A stretch of DNA of 64,000 bases from Candidatus Saccharimonadales bacterium (GCA_041751215.1 JBGSXW010000005.1:67664-131663); one strand, 5' to 3'; counted from the first letter of the stretch, positions 9,461-20,391 are shown. Numbers and translations: made by a program. The notes: a model not told the origin generated them from the letters alone.

Positions 9461-11188
9461 TTACTCCTTGATTAGCGTCTTAAAAGATTCGAGTAACTGC
9501 TGGACTGTCGCATCATCTCCGCGAGCCTCAGCGGCTCGAATTTGGGCGCTTAATTCTTGCTGATGTTTTTTCGTGTTGATATCTGTGAGCCGACGGATGA
9601 GGCCAATCGTTTCGATTGTACGATCTGCTGCCGTCCAGTCCTCATACAATTCCTCGGTTGTGAATAATAATAGTTTGACATAGTCTGCAACCTCTTGCAA
9701 ACCTTCGGTCGCCTCGGTAACGTGTTGGCGCTGATTTTGGACTAAATATTCAAACAATTTCTTGCGATCTGAGCCATCAAAGTACTCAGGCTGAGACTTG
9801 GCTAAACTTGAGCGAACTTCTGGATAAGCCAGCGCCAGGCCAAGCAGTCTATCCTGATAAACCGTGGTCGTATGATTGGTTTTTTCCGCTTTAGTAACCT
9901 TATTAGACCGTTTTTTTGCGGTAGATTTATTTGTGAGTCGATCGAGTTTTAGAGCGACGGTATCCACTCCCACCTCAAGGAGCTCCGCGAGTTTGTGTAC
10001 GTAATGTTCTTGTTCTACCGGATCCTCAAGACGCGAGACTGTCGCTAGCACGGCATCGCTAAGATTCTTTTTTCCTTCGGCGCTAGATAAATCGTTTTGC
10101 TTTGTATGATGCTCAATCAGCCAGTCGATAACGTAAACCGACTTTTGAACCGCTTGCTCCCAGGCTTTAGGACTGCTGCTAATCAGTTCGTCTGGATCCT
10201 TACCGCCCGAGATATTAATCATCGACAGTCGAACCCCGACCTCTTGAGCAATCGGGATGGCGCGTTCGGTTGCAGCAACTCCAGCCGCGTCCTGATCAAA
10301 GGCCAGCCGAACATCTTCACTTAAACGACCAAGTTGATCTAGCTGATATTTAGTTAAGGCCGTTCCGGCTGTGGCCACAACATTAGTAACTTGAGTTTTA
10401 TGAGAGGCAATAACGTCTAAGTTTCCTTCTACCACTACGCTGAATTTGTTGGCCCGGATTCCATCTTTAGCTAAATGCAGCCCAAAAACATGACGACTTT
10501 TGTCGTAAATCATCGTCTGAGCAGTGTTGATATATTTTGGCAGCGAATCATCGAGTACGCGAGCTGTAAAGCCAATCGCTCGCCCCTGGCCGTCGTGGAG
10601 CGGAACCATGAGTCGTCCTCTGAACATATCGACCAGCTGACCGCTTCGTCTAACTGCTAATCCGGCTTCTTCTAGCTCTTTCTCGCTAAACTTTCGCTTG
10701 CGCAAAAAGTTAGTCAGGGCCTGGCCGGTGCTCGGAGAGTAACCCAAGCCAAACTTACTAATTATTTCCTTGCCGTAGCCTCGACGCTTAACAACATACT
10801 CAAGAGCAGAAGAGTTTTTCACCAGACAAGCTTGGTAGTACTTGACTGCCAACTCGGTCGCTTGGTAAAGACGATCCTTCTTTTTTGCCGCCTGCCCGCT
10901 GCCAGCAAACTGAGTTAGCTCAACCCCGGCTTTGCGCGCCAATAACTGCAGCGCCTCGCGGAAATCAATGCCCTCCATCTCCATAACAAAGCTGAGCATG
11001 TCGCCGCCCCGATTTGAAGAAAAGTCATGCCAAATCTGTTTATCCGGGCTAATCATAAGACTGGCCGTTTTTTCATGCGTCCAGGGCGACAGCGCCTTAA
11101 AGTTGCGGCCAGCACGTTTTAGCTCAACGTATTCGCCAACAACGTCTTCTAGGCGCAACTTCTCCTTGATTTCCTCCTTGGCATCCAT
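9461..11188 (-). CDS. dnaG: DNA primase
   Basis: Conserved N-terminus [32 protein letters not shown] region [13 protein letters not shown]...AFDQDAAG. Start chosen at the second Met (11188); the track ORF starts at 11227. Sits 2 nt upstream of rpoD, as in dnaG-rpoD operons. Confidence 0.9.
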   Translation of the reverse strand: MDAKEEIKEKLRLEDVVGEYVELKRAGRNFKALSPWTHEKTASLMISPDKQIWHDFSSNRGGDMLSFVMEMEGIDFREALQLLARKAGVELTQFAGSGQAAKKKDRLYQATELAVKYYQACLVKNSSALEYVVKRRGYGKEIISKFGLGYSPSTGQALTNFLRKRKFSEKELEEAGLAVRRSGQLVDMFRGRLMVPLHDGQGRAIGFTARVLDDSLPKYINTAQTMIYDKSRHVFGLHLAKDGIRANKFSVVVEGNLDVIASHKTQVTNVVATAGTALTKYQLDQLGRLSEDVRLAFDQDAAGVAATERAIPIAQEVGVRLSMINISGGKDPDELISSSPKAWEQAVQKSVYVIDWLIEHHTKQNDLSSAEGKKNLSDAVLATVSRLEDPVEQEHYVHKLAELLEVGVDTVALKLDRLTNKSTAKKRSNKVTKAEKTNHTTTVYQDRLLGLALAYPEVRSSLAKSQPEYFDGSDRKKLFEYLVQNQRQHVTEATEGLQEVADYVKLLLFTTEELYEDWTAADRTIETIGLIRRLTDINTKKHQQELSAQIRAAEARGDDATVQQLLESFKTLIKE

Positions 11189-11311
11189 CCACCAAGTGTC
11201 GCACCACCTTAGCGCTCTTGCAAGCAATAGCGTGTGCCTAGAACGCCCGCTTTTTACTTTAGTCTAGCCGTTGTTAGTGCCTCTAGGTCTTGGTTATGGT
11301 TAAATATCCTC

Positions 11312-11923
11312 ATGCAACCCGAACAATATCCAGTACCCGCACAGCCGTCACCCGATGGACAACCGCAGCCAGATGCTGATTGGCTAAAAAACTACAAAAG
11401 CCCAAAAGCCTCACCTCCCAAGCAGCGGATATTAGTAATTGTCGCTATCGTGGGTGTGGTGCTTGCGGTTATATTCCTATTCTTAACGTTTATTGTTGGT
11501 GGTGAAGATATTCAGTCTCAAGTTCGTAAACTAGCCGCCGATCAACAAGACATCGTCAGGTTGGCAAACATTGGCCAAGAAACCGATAACGCCAGCGCGC
11601 CGACTCACAACCTCGCCTCTACGATTAGCATTATTGGTGGATCTAACGTTCAAGCGCTTGCGTCGGTAGTTGGTCAGTTGAGTAAAGATGAGCTGGCGCT
11701 TGCCGCTAACACTAGTGCCGACACTAGATTTCAAACTGCCGCTCAAACCAACACGTTTGATACGGTCTTCCCAGATGTAATGAAAACCGAGCTTACAGAG
11801 CTAAACGCTAGTCTTAGTAGCTTGTTTGACCAGACCAATAATCAAAAACTTAAAGAGGTTTTAATTATGGTTTACGACAACAACAAAGAACTCATCACCG
11901 CCACAACTTCAGTTAGAAACTAA
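11312..11923 (+). CDS. hypothetical single-pass membrane protein
   Basis: The track ORF starts at 11234; the internal Met at 11312 (MQPEQYP) is more plausible. Pro/Gln-rich N-terminus, then TM helix ILVIVAIVGVVLAVIFLFLTFIV. Confidence 0.55.
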   Translation: MQPEQYPVPAQPSPDGQPQPDADWLKNYKSPKASPPKQRILVIVAIVGVVLAVIFLFLTFIVGGEDIQSQVRKLAADQQDIVRLANIGQETDNASAPTHNLASTISIIGGSNVQALASVVGQLSKDELALAANTSADTRFQTAAQTNTFDTVFPDVMKTELTELNASLSSLFDQTNNQKLKEVLIMVYDNNKELITATTSVRN

Positions 11924-11925
11924 GT

Positions 11926-12696
11926 TTATCTAATACTTAAGTAAAACTTGGTTAGCGCTAGGCCGAAGTAAACACCGACCACACCATTGAATATAGCCTC
12001 AAGAAAAGTCGCTAGATCCTCTGGGAAAATATCCAGAATGATTCCCGCAAGTAGCGTAACTACGACTGCAAACAAAAACGCTGCCAGTATAAACACTACA
12101 ACCTTGCCGACGTTGGCGCTAACCAGATCAATGCTAGCTCTGATCGACTCTAAAGCACCGGTCTTTTTATCAATCGAGATTAGCGGCGCAAACAAAAGCA
12201 ACACGCCTAAGATAATGCCCGGAATAATAAACGCGATGAAACCAGCCGCTAATATAAGCATCATCACAAGTGTCAAAACGAGCAAACGACCGAAGCTAGC
12301 TTTTCCAGCATTTATAGCCTGAGCAAAGCTTACTGATTTGTTGTTTGCAGCCTCTAGCATTGCGTGCAACTGAGCGGCGTAAACAAAAATGCTGTAGACA
12401 CCAGCTAACAATGCCCAGACGAGCAATGCTCCCAGTAAAGAACTAATGTCGATGCCAGTTGTAGTTGGTACTGCTTTACCCACGAACACATCCGAATTAA
12501 CACTAAACGTCATTGCCACAAGTACCCCTATGATTAGCACTGGCACAAAGCCAAGTAGCCACAATGCGCCCCATAGTCCTATGTGCTTAGTTAGTAAATC
12601 CCACGCCGGAGCAAAACTATCTAAAGATGCTGTACTACCCGTGCTATTTGTACTTGCCTTCACTGGTTTGGAGGCTGCTGTTTTTTTATCGGCCAT
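11926..12696 (-). CDS. polytopic membrane protein, unknown function
   Basis: 256-aa ORF with about 6 hydrophobic helices. No catalytic motif recognised. Confidence 0.6.
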   Translation of the reverse strand: MADKKTAASKPVKASTNSTGSTASLDSFAPAWDLLTKHIGLWGALWLLGFVPVLIIGVLVAMTFSVNSDVFVGKAVPTTTGIDISSLLGALLVWALLAGVYSIFVYAAQLHAMLEAANNKSVSFAQAINAGKASFGRLLVLTLVMMLILAAGFIAFIIPGIILGVLLLFAPLISIDKKTGALESIRASIDLVSANVGKVVVFILAAFLFAVVVTLLAGIILDIFPEDLATFLEAIFNGVVGVYFGLALTKFYLSIR

Positions 12697-12778
12697 CGCC
12701 TTTTCTCCTATTAGTTGCTTTGAATTATAGGCCTATTTGGCTAATTGAAGTAGAAAAATCTAAAATTTGTCTAGAACA

Positions 12779-12830
12779 TAAAGAAAAGAGGCCCAAGCGT
12801 CGTAAAGTATTAATACGATGCGTGGGCCTC
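12779..12830 (-). terminator. rho-independent terminator of islet B ORF
   Basis: 17-bp stem with one mismatch and one G-U (GAGGCCCAAGCGTCGTA / TACGATGCGTGGGCCTC, 12788-12830). TTTTCTT follows on the minus strand. Confidence 0.65.
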
Positions 12831-12891
12831 AAGGGCACCTCCTTAAAGAGTTGATGCGGACAGGGAGTGCGCGGAGTTCTTCTGACTCCGG

Positions 12892-13218
12892 CTAGGAATC
12901 GTCGGGCTGGCTGTTGCGGAACTCCCACCGAGTGAGAAACAGCGGAACGCCGAAGAGCGGCAACAGAAAGCCGACTGGCTGCGTGAAGCCGTTCCAGAAG
13001 CCCTCGCCGAAGAGGGAGCTGAAGATCCACTGAACCAGGAATACCGACACGAGACCGGCCGTGGCGACCAGACCAATGTAGGTACCGATCATTCCGCCAG
13101 TCCAGCGGATGGCTTTCCAGGTCTGCTTCTCTTCTTCCGCCAAGATGGCCTTTTCCTCATCGGTCATCTCGTAGAGAGGCTTCTTGCGCCAATCTTTCTC
13201 TTTCTTGCGACGAGGCAT
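12892..13218 (-). CDS. small two-TM membrane protein (high-GC islet B)
   Basis: 108-aa ORF with GC3-rich codons. AGGAGGAGG Shine-Dalgarno lies directly upstream. Two hydrophobic helices. Overlapping antisense ORFs are GC artefacts. Confidence 0.6.
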   Translation of the reverse strand: MPRRKKEKDWRKKPLYEMTDEEKAILAEEEKQTWKAIRWTGGMIGTYIGLVATAGLVSVFLVQWIFSSLFGEGFWNGFTQPVGFLLPLFGVPLFLTRWEFRNSQPDDS

Positions 13219-13297
13219 AGCCTCCTCCTGTCATAGAACGAACACCCTGAGAATCTCCCAGAGAATGTGTTGATTTTATACTAAATCAAGTGATATG

Positions 13298-13651
13298 TCA
13301 AGACTTTGACAGAGGTCGTTTGTCTTCGGGAAGGCCTTCTACTATCAAACTATAAGAGTGATCCATTAGGTCTTTGACTTCTTGTTCAGGTAGTTGTCCG
13401 CTGAGCACAATAGTGTTCCAAAGGCGTTTGTTTAAGTGGTATCCAGGCTGAACAGATTCGTACTTTTCTCTTAAGAGTTCCGCGAGCTGAGGGTCGCATT
13501 TAAGACTGACACTAACCGGATTTTTAGTTGTAGACATCAGAGCAAACATTTTGCCGCCAACTTTATAAACCGCTACCTCCTCGCCAAAGGGGTAATCTAG
13601 TTTTGCGCCCGGCTTTGCCAGTAAGTAATCTTCTACTTCTTTAAAGTTCAT
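13298..13651 (-). CDS. MmcQ/YjbR family DNA-binding protein
   Basis: 117-aa ORF. KLDYPFGEEVAVYKVGGKMFALMS...VSLKCDP...GYHLNKRLWNTI is the typical YjbR-family pattern. Confidence 0.7.
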   Translation of the reverse strand: MNFKEVEDYLLAKPGAKLDYPFGEEVAVYKVGGKMFALMSTTKNPVSVSLKCDPQLAELLREKYESVQPGYHLNKRLWNTIVLSGQLPEQEVKDLMDHSYSLIVEGLPEDKRPLSKS

Positions 13652-13678
13652 ATGGCCTCAAGATAACTGTTTGTTACT

Positions 13679-14668
13679 ATGGATGCAATGACTTATCTGC
13701 TTTTTATTATTGGCTTTGTGCTTCTGATTCGAGGTGCCGAGTGGCTGGTAGACGGTGCTTCTAAACTTGGCCGACGACTAGGTATCTCGAGCCTTGTCAT
13801 TGGCTTAACGGTAGTTGCGTTTGGTACATCTTTGCCAGAGTTAGTCGTGAACATGTTCTCGGCCTTTACCCCAGGCGCAAACGATCTAGCAATTGGTAAC
13901 ATTTTAGGTAGTAACGTGGCAAACATATTACTGGTTCTGGGTCTGGCCGCACTTGTTCGGCCTTTAAGTGTTAAGCGCCCGACTGTTTACCGCGAAGTTC
14001 TGTTCAACGTTTTTGCCAGCGGGTTGCTCATTTTACTGGTTGCCGATCAGTTCTTTGACAACTTTCACCAAGACTTCGTTGGATTGTCGCGCATCGACGG
14101 TGTAATCCTTATGTCTTACTTCGTCGTCTTTTTGTACTATGCATTCGGCCGCAGACTATATGCCAAAGAGGAGGCAGGCGCCAAAGATACCCCAAAGCCC
14201 GATAAGAACTTCTCCGCAACCGAAGTTGCCTGGAAAATTATTGTTGGTAGCGCTGCTTTAGCGCTGGGAGGAAACTGGATCGTAGACGGCGCAATTACGG
14301 TGTCGGAACTAATCGGAGTCAGTACCGGAGTGGTTGGCTTAACGGTAGTTGCAATCGGCACTTCGCTACCTGAACTTGCTACTTCGGTAATCGCAGCCAA
14401 GAACAAGCAAGTCGATATTGCAGTTGGTAACGCTGTTGGCTCTAACCTGTTTAACATCTTTTGGGTGCTTGGCTTAACAGCGGCCATCAAGCCGCTGCCG
14501 TTTACCGATAACTTTAAGTTTGGCGCGGCTGCTGTGCTGATAACCTCGATTGTATTGTTCATGAGCGTAGCCTTTGGACGCTACAAGCATCAGATCAGCA
14601 AATCTGAGGGTAGATTCTTTTTGGCCTTATTCGCAGTATTCTTAATTACTACAGTTTTTGTTGGCTAA
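13679..14668 (+). CDS. Ca2+/Na+ antiporter (CaCA/YrbG family)
   Basis: 329-aa polytopic ORF with the two alpha-repeat motifs GNILGSNVANILLVLG and GNAVGSNLFNIFWVLG. Confidence 0.88.
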   Translation: MDAMTYLLFIIGFVLLIRGAEWLVDGASKLGRRLGISSLVIGLTVVAFGTSLPELVVNMFSAFTPGANDLAIGNILGSNVANILLVLGLAALVRPLSVKRPTVYREVLFNVFASGLLILLVADQFFDNFHQDFVGLSRIDGVILMSYFVVFLYYAFGRRLYAKEEAGAKDTPKPDKNFSATEVAWKIIVGSAALALGGNWIVDGAITVSELIGVSTGVVGLTVVAIGTSLPELATSVIAAKNKQVDIAVGNAVGSNLFNIFWVLGLTAAIKPLPFTDNFKFGAAAVLITSIVLFMSVAFGRYKHQISKSEGRFFLALFAVFLITTVFVG

Positions 14669-15197
14669 GCTGTTTGACGTATTCCTTGAGCTCGGCAATG
14701 CTGGCTCGGATATCATCAAGTGCGCGGTGTGAGTCTGGCTTACGAGCCATGGTTCCGTATTTGCCGTACATGTAGATCTTAAGCGAAGTCACATCAAGCA
14801 TTCGATAGTGCAGGAGTTTGTCGAGTTCTGGCCAGTGGCGTCTAATGAATCTCCTATCCTGATGGATCGAGCTACCAGCAATAATGGCCGGCGCATCAGC
14901 AAACTGGCGCTTTACCAGCTTCATCATTTCACTTTCGACTTCGCCCTCGCTGAGGTGGCTGGCTTTCACTTGGTCGAGCAGACCGTTGGCTGAGAGATGC
15001 TCTTTTACCCATGGGTCGGCTTTTTCTAACACTGCCTCAGATTGATGTACTACGGCTTCATAAGTTTCTAGTTCTTGAAAATCAAAATCGGTTACAATCG
15101 CGGCCACTTCAATAATGCGCTGTTTTTCCGGCTCAAGACCGGTCATCTCCAGATCAATCCAGAGTAGTTTAGTTGGGCGGGCGTTTCGTTTGTTCAC
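14649..15197 (-). CDS. orn: oligoribonuclease
   Basis: 182-aa ORF. DEDDh exonuclease motifs LLWIDLEMTGL, SSIHQDRRFI, HRALDDIRASI. 20-nt convergent overlap with the antiporter gene. Confidence 0.9.
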   Translation of the reverse strand: MNKRNARPTKLLWIDLEMTGLEPEKQRIIEVAAIVTDFDFQELETYEAVVHQSEAVLEKADPWVKEHLSANGLLDQVKASHLSEGEVESEMMKLVKRQFADAPAIIAGSSIHQDRRFIRRHWPELDKLLHYRMLDVTSLKIYMYGKYGTMARKPDSHRALDDIRASIAELKEYVKQLSQQKL

Positions 15198-15846
15198 GTT
15201 TTCTCCAAATTCGTCGGTGCTTAAACCGCGGGTTAAGACTCAAGAAGCGCTCTAGAGTTGTTCCCACGATACCATGCCTCTTGTTGGTTTGAACAATGCT
15301 ATAAGCTGCTATCGCTACCGCCAGCGAGCCGATACCATCGACTATGAGGTCCCACATTGTGTCCTGAAGACCGTTCTTTTGCATGTTGGTTCCAAAAAAT
15401 CCATCGACAGCAAACTCAAATATCTCCCAAACCGCACCAAAGGCCATGCCAAATGTGAACACAAAAGTTGCAATAATAAACGGTGATGCATCGAGCTTAC
15501 CCTGATGTTTTAGGGTGTAGAGAATCAAGAATCCCGCCATCGCTAAGACTACTCCCGAAATAACGTGCAGGACCGCATCCCACCACCAAAACCGCTCATA
15601 AGCATCTCCCACCTCACCTAAAACTACTGAAGCAAAAATAAACAACGCTAAGACTATGTTGTACTCAATTGGAATTACTATTTTGTATTTGCGGCTCAGT
15701 AGCTCAGGAATAAAAGTCAAAACCAGCGCCATAACACTTATAAAGAAGGCCTCCCACTCACCAGTTATTAGCCCCCAAACAGCGGCCAGGACAATGATCA
15801 GACGCAACGACCAAAGTATTGCAAGCTGCGAGCCAGTGGTCGCCAC
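15169..15846 (-). CDS. polytopic membrane protein, unknown function
   Basis: 225-aa ORF with about 6 TM helices. Its start overlaps the msrB stop by 1 nt. Confidence 0.6.
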   Translation of the reverse strand: MATTGSQLAILWSLRLIIVLAAVWGLITGEWEAFFISVMALVLTFIPELLSRKYKIVIPIEYNIVLALFIFASVVLGEVGDAYERFWWWDAVLHVISGVVLAMAGFLILYTLKHQGKLDASPFIIATFVFTFGMAFGAVWEIFEFAVDGFFGTNMQKNGLQDTMWDLIVDGIGSLAVAIAAYSIVQTNKRHGIVGTTLERFLSLNPRFKHRRIWRKREQTKRPPN

Positions 15847-16259
15847 TAGACTGCCTCCCCGTCGCCGCGAACAATAGTTCCGTCGTCTTCAGACTTAAAG
15901 TTTAGTGCGCAAGAGTTTATGCAGTAATGTTTACCATTCGGGGAGTCATCGGCGTCAAATACATGGCCAAGATGTCCGCCACACTTACTGCACGACACCT
16001 CTGTTCGTTGCATACCCAACTCGTTATCGTTCTTTAGCTTAACGGCGCCGGCTTTTATTACATCGTAAAAACTGGGCCAACCCAGCAAGCCCGGAGTTTT
16101 TGAGTCATACTTCGTATCCGAGGAAAACAGCTCCGTACCACAATCGGCACAAACGTAGGCTCCTGTTGCTTGGTTGTGTAAAAGTGCACCAGTAAATGGA
16201 GCTTCGGTTTCCTTTTCTAGAAGAATCTTTTTCTGCGCCGAACTAAGCTTTTTTGTCAT
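15846..16259 (-). CDS. msrB: peptide-methionine (R)-S-oxide reductase
   Basis: 137-aa ORF. Zinc CxxC pairs (CADCGTELF, CSKCGGHLGHVF) and GWPSF motif. Confidence 0.92.
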   Translation of the reverse strand: MTKKLSSAQKKILLEKETEAPFTGALLHNQATGAYVCADCGTELFSSDTKYDSKTPGLLGWPSFYDVIKAGAVKLKNDNELGMQRTEVSCSKCGGHLGHVFDADDSPNGKHYCINSCALNFKSEDDGTIVRGDGEAV

Positions 16260-16340
16260 ACCTCAATTATAGACCTTAGAGATTGATTAAAACTAACAAA
16301 ACCCATCGCCTATAAAAAGTTCTTGAGTTAGGATAAGAGT

Positions 16341-16973
16341 ATGCAATGGTTAAGAAATAACATAATTCCTGTGGGACTATTAGTTGGTTTAATGCTTGCT
16401 GGAGTGCTTTTGGCTTGGCAAAGCTACGACACCAACCAGCGGGCACAGGAACAAGTTAGCCAATTAACTGAGGTTGAGCCTGAATCAGAAGAATCAGAAG
16501 AGCCAGAACCAGCAAACGACGAGGCAATTCCAGACACTCAGGACCCAGAACCAAAACAAGAGCAAAACGGGCAAACTCAGGAAAAACCAAGCCCAACGAC
16601 AGCAACTCTAGAGGGCAGCTTGACCTATCCATCATCAGGAATCCCAAGTGGAATGCAAGTTTGCGCTCAAAATACCAAGACTGACGCGGCGGTCTGCACC
16701 ACGAAGCATCTGCAGAATTCAAAGTACGTTTACGACCTAGGCTACAAGATTAGTGTTAAGCCTGGGACATACCAGGTTTACGCCTTAAATCCAGCCGACA
16801 ACCAGCCCGCCTACTACAACAGCTACATGAAGAAGCTAGGCACCAGCGGTCAGTGGGGTAATTACCCAAAGAACTGCGCGAACCTAGCACCAATAAAACT
16901 GAATGTAGTCGCTGGTCAAAGCTACTTTGATCTCACCGTTGGCGACTGGTACTACGACGCTCAGTGCAATTAA
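16341..16973 (+). CDS. membrane-anchored/secreted hypothetical protein
   Basis: 210-aa ORF. N-terminal TM or signal anchor, an acidic Glu/Pro linker, then a Cys-containing globular C-terminal domain. Confidence 0.55.
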   Translation: MQWLRNNIIPVGLLVGLMLAGVLLAWQSYDTNQRAQEQVSQLTEVEPESEESEEPEPANDEAIPDTQDPEPKQEQNGQTQEKPSPTTATLEGSLTYPSSGIPSGMQVCAQNTKTDAAVCTTKHLQNSKYVYDLGYKISVKPGTYQVYALNPADNQPAYYNSYMKKLGTSGQWGNYPKNCANLAPIKLNVVAGQSYFDLTVGDWYYDAQCN

Positions 16974-16988
16974 AAAGCTACTAAAAAA

Positions 16989-17020
16989 GGACGCACTTTT
17001 TGTGCGTCCCCTCTTTTGGT
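16989..17020. terminator. bidirectional hairpin terminator between convergent genes
   Basis: GGACGCAC (16989-16996) pairs with GTGCGTCC (17002-17009). An A-run lies upstream and T-rich CCTCTTTTGGTTTT lies downstream. Confidence 0.65.
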
Positions 17021-17051
17021 TTTGTGGTTTTGTGAGTTTTAAACGCTTAAG

Positions 17052-17384
17052 TTATTTCTTCTTAGACGTTGAAGGCATTTTTAGTTTGCCAGAGTTGTGG
17101 AGCTTTACTAGCGCCCAAACAACCAGCAATACTGCTACGCTAGTGATCAATGTGTCTAGGAACTGTCCCCAGGCCAAAGTCACACCACGAATGTTGTCTT
17201 CGCTTGGCTCAACCAATGTTGAGTACTGAGAAGCTAGGTCTGATCCACCAAACAACCAGCTTACTAGTGGCATCACGATAGTTGCCACAAAAGTGTTTAA
17301 TAGTGCTAGTAAGGTTGCGCCTACAACAAATCCTAGCGCAATTGCCCACACCATGCTTTTCTCTAATTTTGCAAAAAGACCCAT
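17052..17384 (-). CDS. mscL: large-conductance mechanosensitive channel-like protein
   Basis: 110-aa ORF with two TM helices. TM1 region AIALGFVVGATLLALLNTFVATIVMPLV resembles the MscL signature. Confidence 0.6.
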   Translation of the reverse strand: MGLFAKLEKSMVWAIALGFVVGATLLALLNTFVATIVMPLVSWLFGGSDLASQYSTLVEPSEDNIRGVTLAWGQFLDTLITSVAVLLVVWALVKLHNSGKLKMPSTSKKK

Positions 17385-17430
17385 GTCTTCCCTCCGTTAA
17401 ATATTCCCTAGTATAGCAACCTTGCCCTAA

Positions 17431-17838
17431 TCAACCAACGAATTGACTGTATAACAGGTGTGTAATGCTCGATACAGCAGCGCCCAGTACAATCCCCCAC
17501 GCAATATCAATTACTACAATTTCTCGTGGCCAATTTTTTAACGTTGCCAGATTTGTTAAATCGTATGTTGCATAGGTAAAGAAACCAAAAGCTCCACCGG
17601 CAGCAGCCGCAAAACTCCAGCTATCGCCTACGGCTGGCGCTATGGCAAAATAGACTAGACCAATAACAAAGATTAAATAAAACAAAATCGCTGCCGGCCA
17701 ATTTACTTCTTTGGCAATAAATTTTCCAAGGTACTTTTGATAGATATTTTTAGCAATAACACCCAACCAAAGCATGTCGATAGCAAAGAAAACGACCACT
17801 GCAGTTATGTAGATTACTAAATAATCAATTAGCTCCAT
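17431..17838 (-). CDS. small four-TM membrane protein (DUF2177-like)
   Basis: 135-aa ORF. N-terminal FFAIDMLWLGVIAKNIYQKYLG pattern. Family assignment is from memory only. Confidence 0.55.
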   Translation of the reverse strand: MELIDYLVIYITAVVVFFAIDMLWLGVIAKNIYQKYLGKFIAKEVNWPAAILFYLIFVIGLVYFAIAPAVGDSWSFAAAAGGAFGFFTYATYDLTNLATLKNWPREIVVIDIAWGIVLGAAVSSITHLLYSQFVG

Positions 17839-17840
17839 GG

Positions 17841-19532
17841 CTACATCTTCTCCGGAACTTTAATTCCAAGTAGACTTAAGCCGTCTGTAAGCACTACTCT
17901 GACAGTCGCCAGCAGAGCTGTTCTTGGCTGTTCTTGATCGCTACCCAGAACCTTTGTCGTCTCGTAGTAACGGTTGAGTGTGCGGGCGATATCGTACATA
18001 AACATAGCAATCTTGTGTGGTTCCATATTTGTGGCCGCCTCAGAAACCATTTGCGGATAACGAGCTAGCATAAATAACAAGTCCTTTTCAGCCACCCAAT
18101 CATATTCAGTTTTGCTAAGACGAAGATCTTTAATCTGGCCTTTGCGCAGAATCGAAGAAATCCTAACCGCCGCGTACTGAACATAAGGCCCAGAATTGCC
18201 CTCTAAGCTCACGGACTCTTTTGGATCGTAGATTACATCTCCGCCAATGCCTTGCTTTAAAAATGCGTACTTTACTGCCCCGAGCATGACTGTGTGATCT
18301 TTATGCCCGACTGTTTCTTCCATGGCAGCGGTAGCTTCGTCTAAAACATCGACTGCGCGCAAAATGTTACCTTTACGACTACTCATCTTGACGCCGCCCT
18401 GAAGTTTTACGTTGCCGTGAGTGATGTGACGCGTAGCTTCAGAGAGCTTAGGCTGAAACTGCTCAATGCTTTTTAGCACGACTTTCATGTACTCAACAAT
18501 GTCGTTCCCGGTAATAATAACTGATTGATCAAAGTGGTAATCTTCCCACTTTTTGATGATTAGGCCGACGTCTTTGGCCTCATAAGTTGGCAGCCCCTCG
18601 GAGTTAATAAATACTCGTTTGTGCAACCCGTGCTTTTCGCCGTCAAATATTACAGCTCCGTCGCTAACTTCGTAAACTCCAGTTTTTTGCTGTTCTTTTA
18701 CGGTTGCAAGTCCAATCGGTGCGGTTTGGCTTTCTGGGTAAAATCGCTCAAATTCTGAGCCGATGGTTTTATAAAATTCTTTAAAGTAATCATAGCTCCA
18801 CTCACGACAAGTCCAGTAAACCTTAGCCAGGTCTGAGTCGCGGTCGTTGTCTTTATGAATTTGGTAGATACTTTTGTTCAGTTTAATTACTTCTTTTTTG
18901 ACATCCTCGTCAGCTTCGAAGACTGCATTGCCTTCGACGTAGGCCGCAGTTAGCCACTCGGCATGATCTTCAACCTCAGCCAGCTTATCGGGGTTTGCAC
19001 CGCCCAAGCGCTTTAAAATAGCCCACATGGTTATCGCAACGTGGCGCCCAACGTCGCCGCCAAAATTAACACGGTGAACGTTGGCACCTTGAGCTTCAAA
19101 TAGATTGGCGATCGAATCACCCACTACACTGGTGTAGAGGTGCCCTGCGTGCAAAACCTTAAATGGATTTGGATCTGAATATTCCGTGACAATGGTTTTG
19201 TCTTTAAGAACTTCGTTAGATCCATACTTGGCGTGAGTTTTAACGTCGCTAAGCAATTCATCGGCTAAGACTTCAGGTTTGAGCCAGAGATTAAGATATC
19301 CGCCGCTGGCTTCAAGCTTTTGCACTGCTTCAAGCTTAATGGTGGTCGCTTGCTGAGCTAATTCGGCCGGATTTTTGCCTAACTTGCTTGCGGCTTTAAA
19401 CAACGGCAGCGCTAAATCAGCACCAGATTTTGGGTTGGCAATTTCAAGAGTTAGCTCTGATTTATCTAGATCGCAACTGTGGGCAACGGCTTCGGTAAAC
19501 TCTTGGCTAAACCGATCTAGAAAGTAACTCAT
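17841..19532 (-). CDS. argS: arginine--tRNA ligase
   Basis: 563-aa ORF. HIGH-type motif [23 protein letters not shown] (KMSKS variant), C-terminal anticodon-binding DALR-type region. Confidence 0.93.
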   Translation of the reverse strand: MSYFLDRFSQEFTEAVAHSCDLDKSELTLEIANPKSGADLALPLFKAASKLGKNPAELAQQATTIKLEAVQKLEASGGYLNLWLKPEVLADELLSDVKTHAKYGSNEVLKDKTIVTEYSDPNPFKVLHAGHLYTSVVGDSIANLFEAQGANVHRVNFGGDVGRHVAITMWAILKRLGGANPDKLAEVEDHAEWLTAAYVEGNAVFEADEDVKKEVIKLNKSIYQIHKDNDRDSDLAKVYWTCREWSYDYFKEFYKTIGSEFERFYPESQTAPIGLATVKEQQKTGVYEVSDGAVIFDGEKHGLHKRVFINSEGLPTYEAKDVGLIIKKWEDYHFDQSVIITGNDIVEYMKVVLKSIEQFQPKLSEATRHITHGNVKLQGGVKMSSRKGNILRAVDVLDEATAAMEETVGHKDHTVMLGAVKYAFLKQGIGGDVIYDPKESVSLEGNSGPYVQYAAVRISSILRKGQIKDLRLSKTEYDWVAEKDLLFMLARYPQMVSEAATNMEPHKIAMFMYDIARTLNRYYETTKVLGSDQEQPRTALLATVRVVLTDGLSLLGIKVPEKM

Positions 19533-20224
19533 CCTAGGAACAGAGGCTCAAGCCAACTACCTACAGCAAATGCTGCACCGGCGGCCAAGGCTCCCAGAGT
19601 TAAGGTTTCAAGCACTGATGAAAAAACTGGAGCATGCGCCACTCGGCTCTTAAGCCAGCCGATTCCGGTAAAGGCCAGGGCTGCTAAGATGCTAGTTTGC
19701 AAGAATAGATTTTCGCTTGGCCCCTCAACAATAAAGTCGTAAAGATAAGCCAACATAGGCACTAAGCCAACGATCATAAAGGCTACGAAGGTCGTGAAGC
19801 CAATTAGGCCAGCGTTTTCTGGTTCCTCTGCTTTTGCGTGCTCTTCTTTCATAATAAAGTCCGCTGCTTGATTACTGCTAGCGATTACGGCAGTTGCAGT
19901 CGTTAATTCTTTGCCCGCAAAACCATATTTTTTTAAGTTTCTAGAAATAATAGTTTTGGCTCTAGAAATACTATCTTCTAGCATCTTAACCACAGCTCGA
20001 CGCTGCTTACGGTACTGATCGACCTCTGAGCGCTCGGATAAGTAGGCGCTAACGCCCATCGAAATGCCATCAGCAATTAAGTTGGCGAAGCCGAGCACTA
20101 AAATTACTCCTGCTTCGAGTCCGGCCGCAGCCGATGCTGCAACTACCGCAAAGGTAGTAACAATTCCGTCAATTCCACCGTAAACGAATTCTCCTAGATA
20201 CTTGTCAGTTAGACGCTTGATCAT
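19529..20224 (-). CDS. VIT1/CCC1-family iron/manganese transporter
   Basis: 231-aa ORF. N-terminal [19 protein letters not shown] motif and C-terminal TM bundle. 4-nt ATGA overlap with argS. Confidence 0.8.
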   Translation of the reverse strand: MIKRLTDKYLGEFVYGGIDGIVTTFAVVAASAAAGLEAGVILVLGFANLIADGISMGVSAYLSERSEVDQYRKQRRAVVKMLEDSISRAKTIISRNLKKYGFAGKELTTATAVIASSNQAADFIMKEEHAKAEEPENAGLIGFTTFVAFMIVGLVPMLAYLYDFIVEGPSENLFLQTSILAALAFTGIGWLKSRVAHAPVFSSVLETLTLGALAAGAAFAVGSWLEPLFLG

Positions 20225-20296
20225 ATTCTCTCCTCTTTTCTAACAGTATAGGGTAGCTGGCTGTAACTGATCAACAAAAAAGCCCGTAAGTATGCG

Positions 20297-20391
<95 letters not shown>

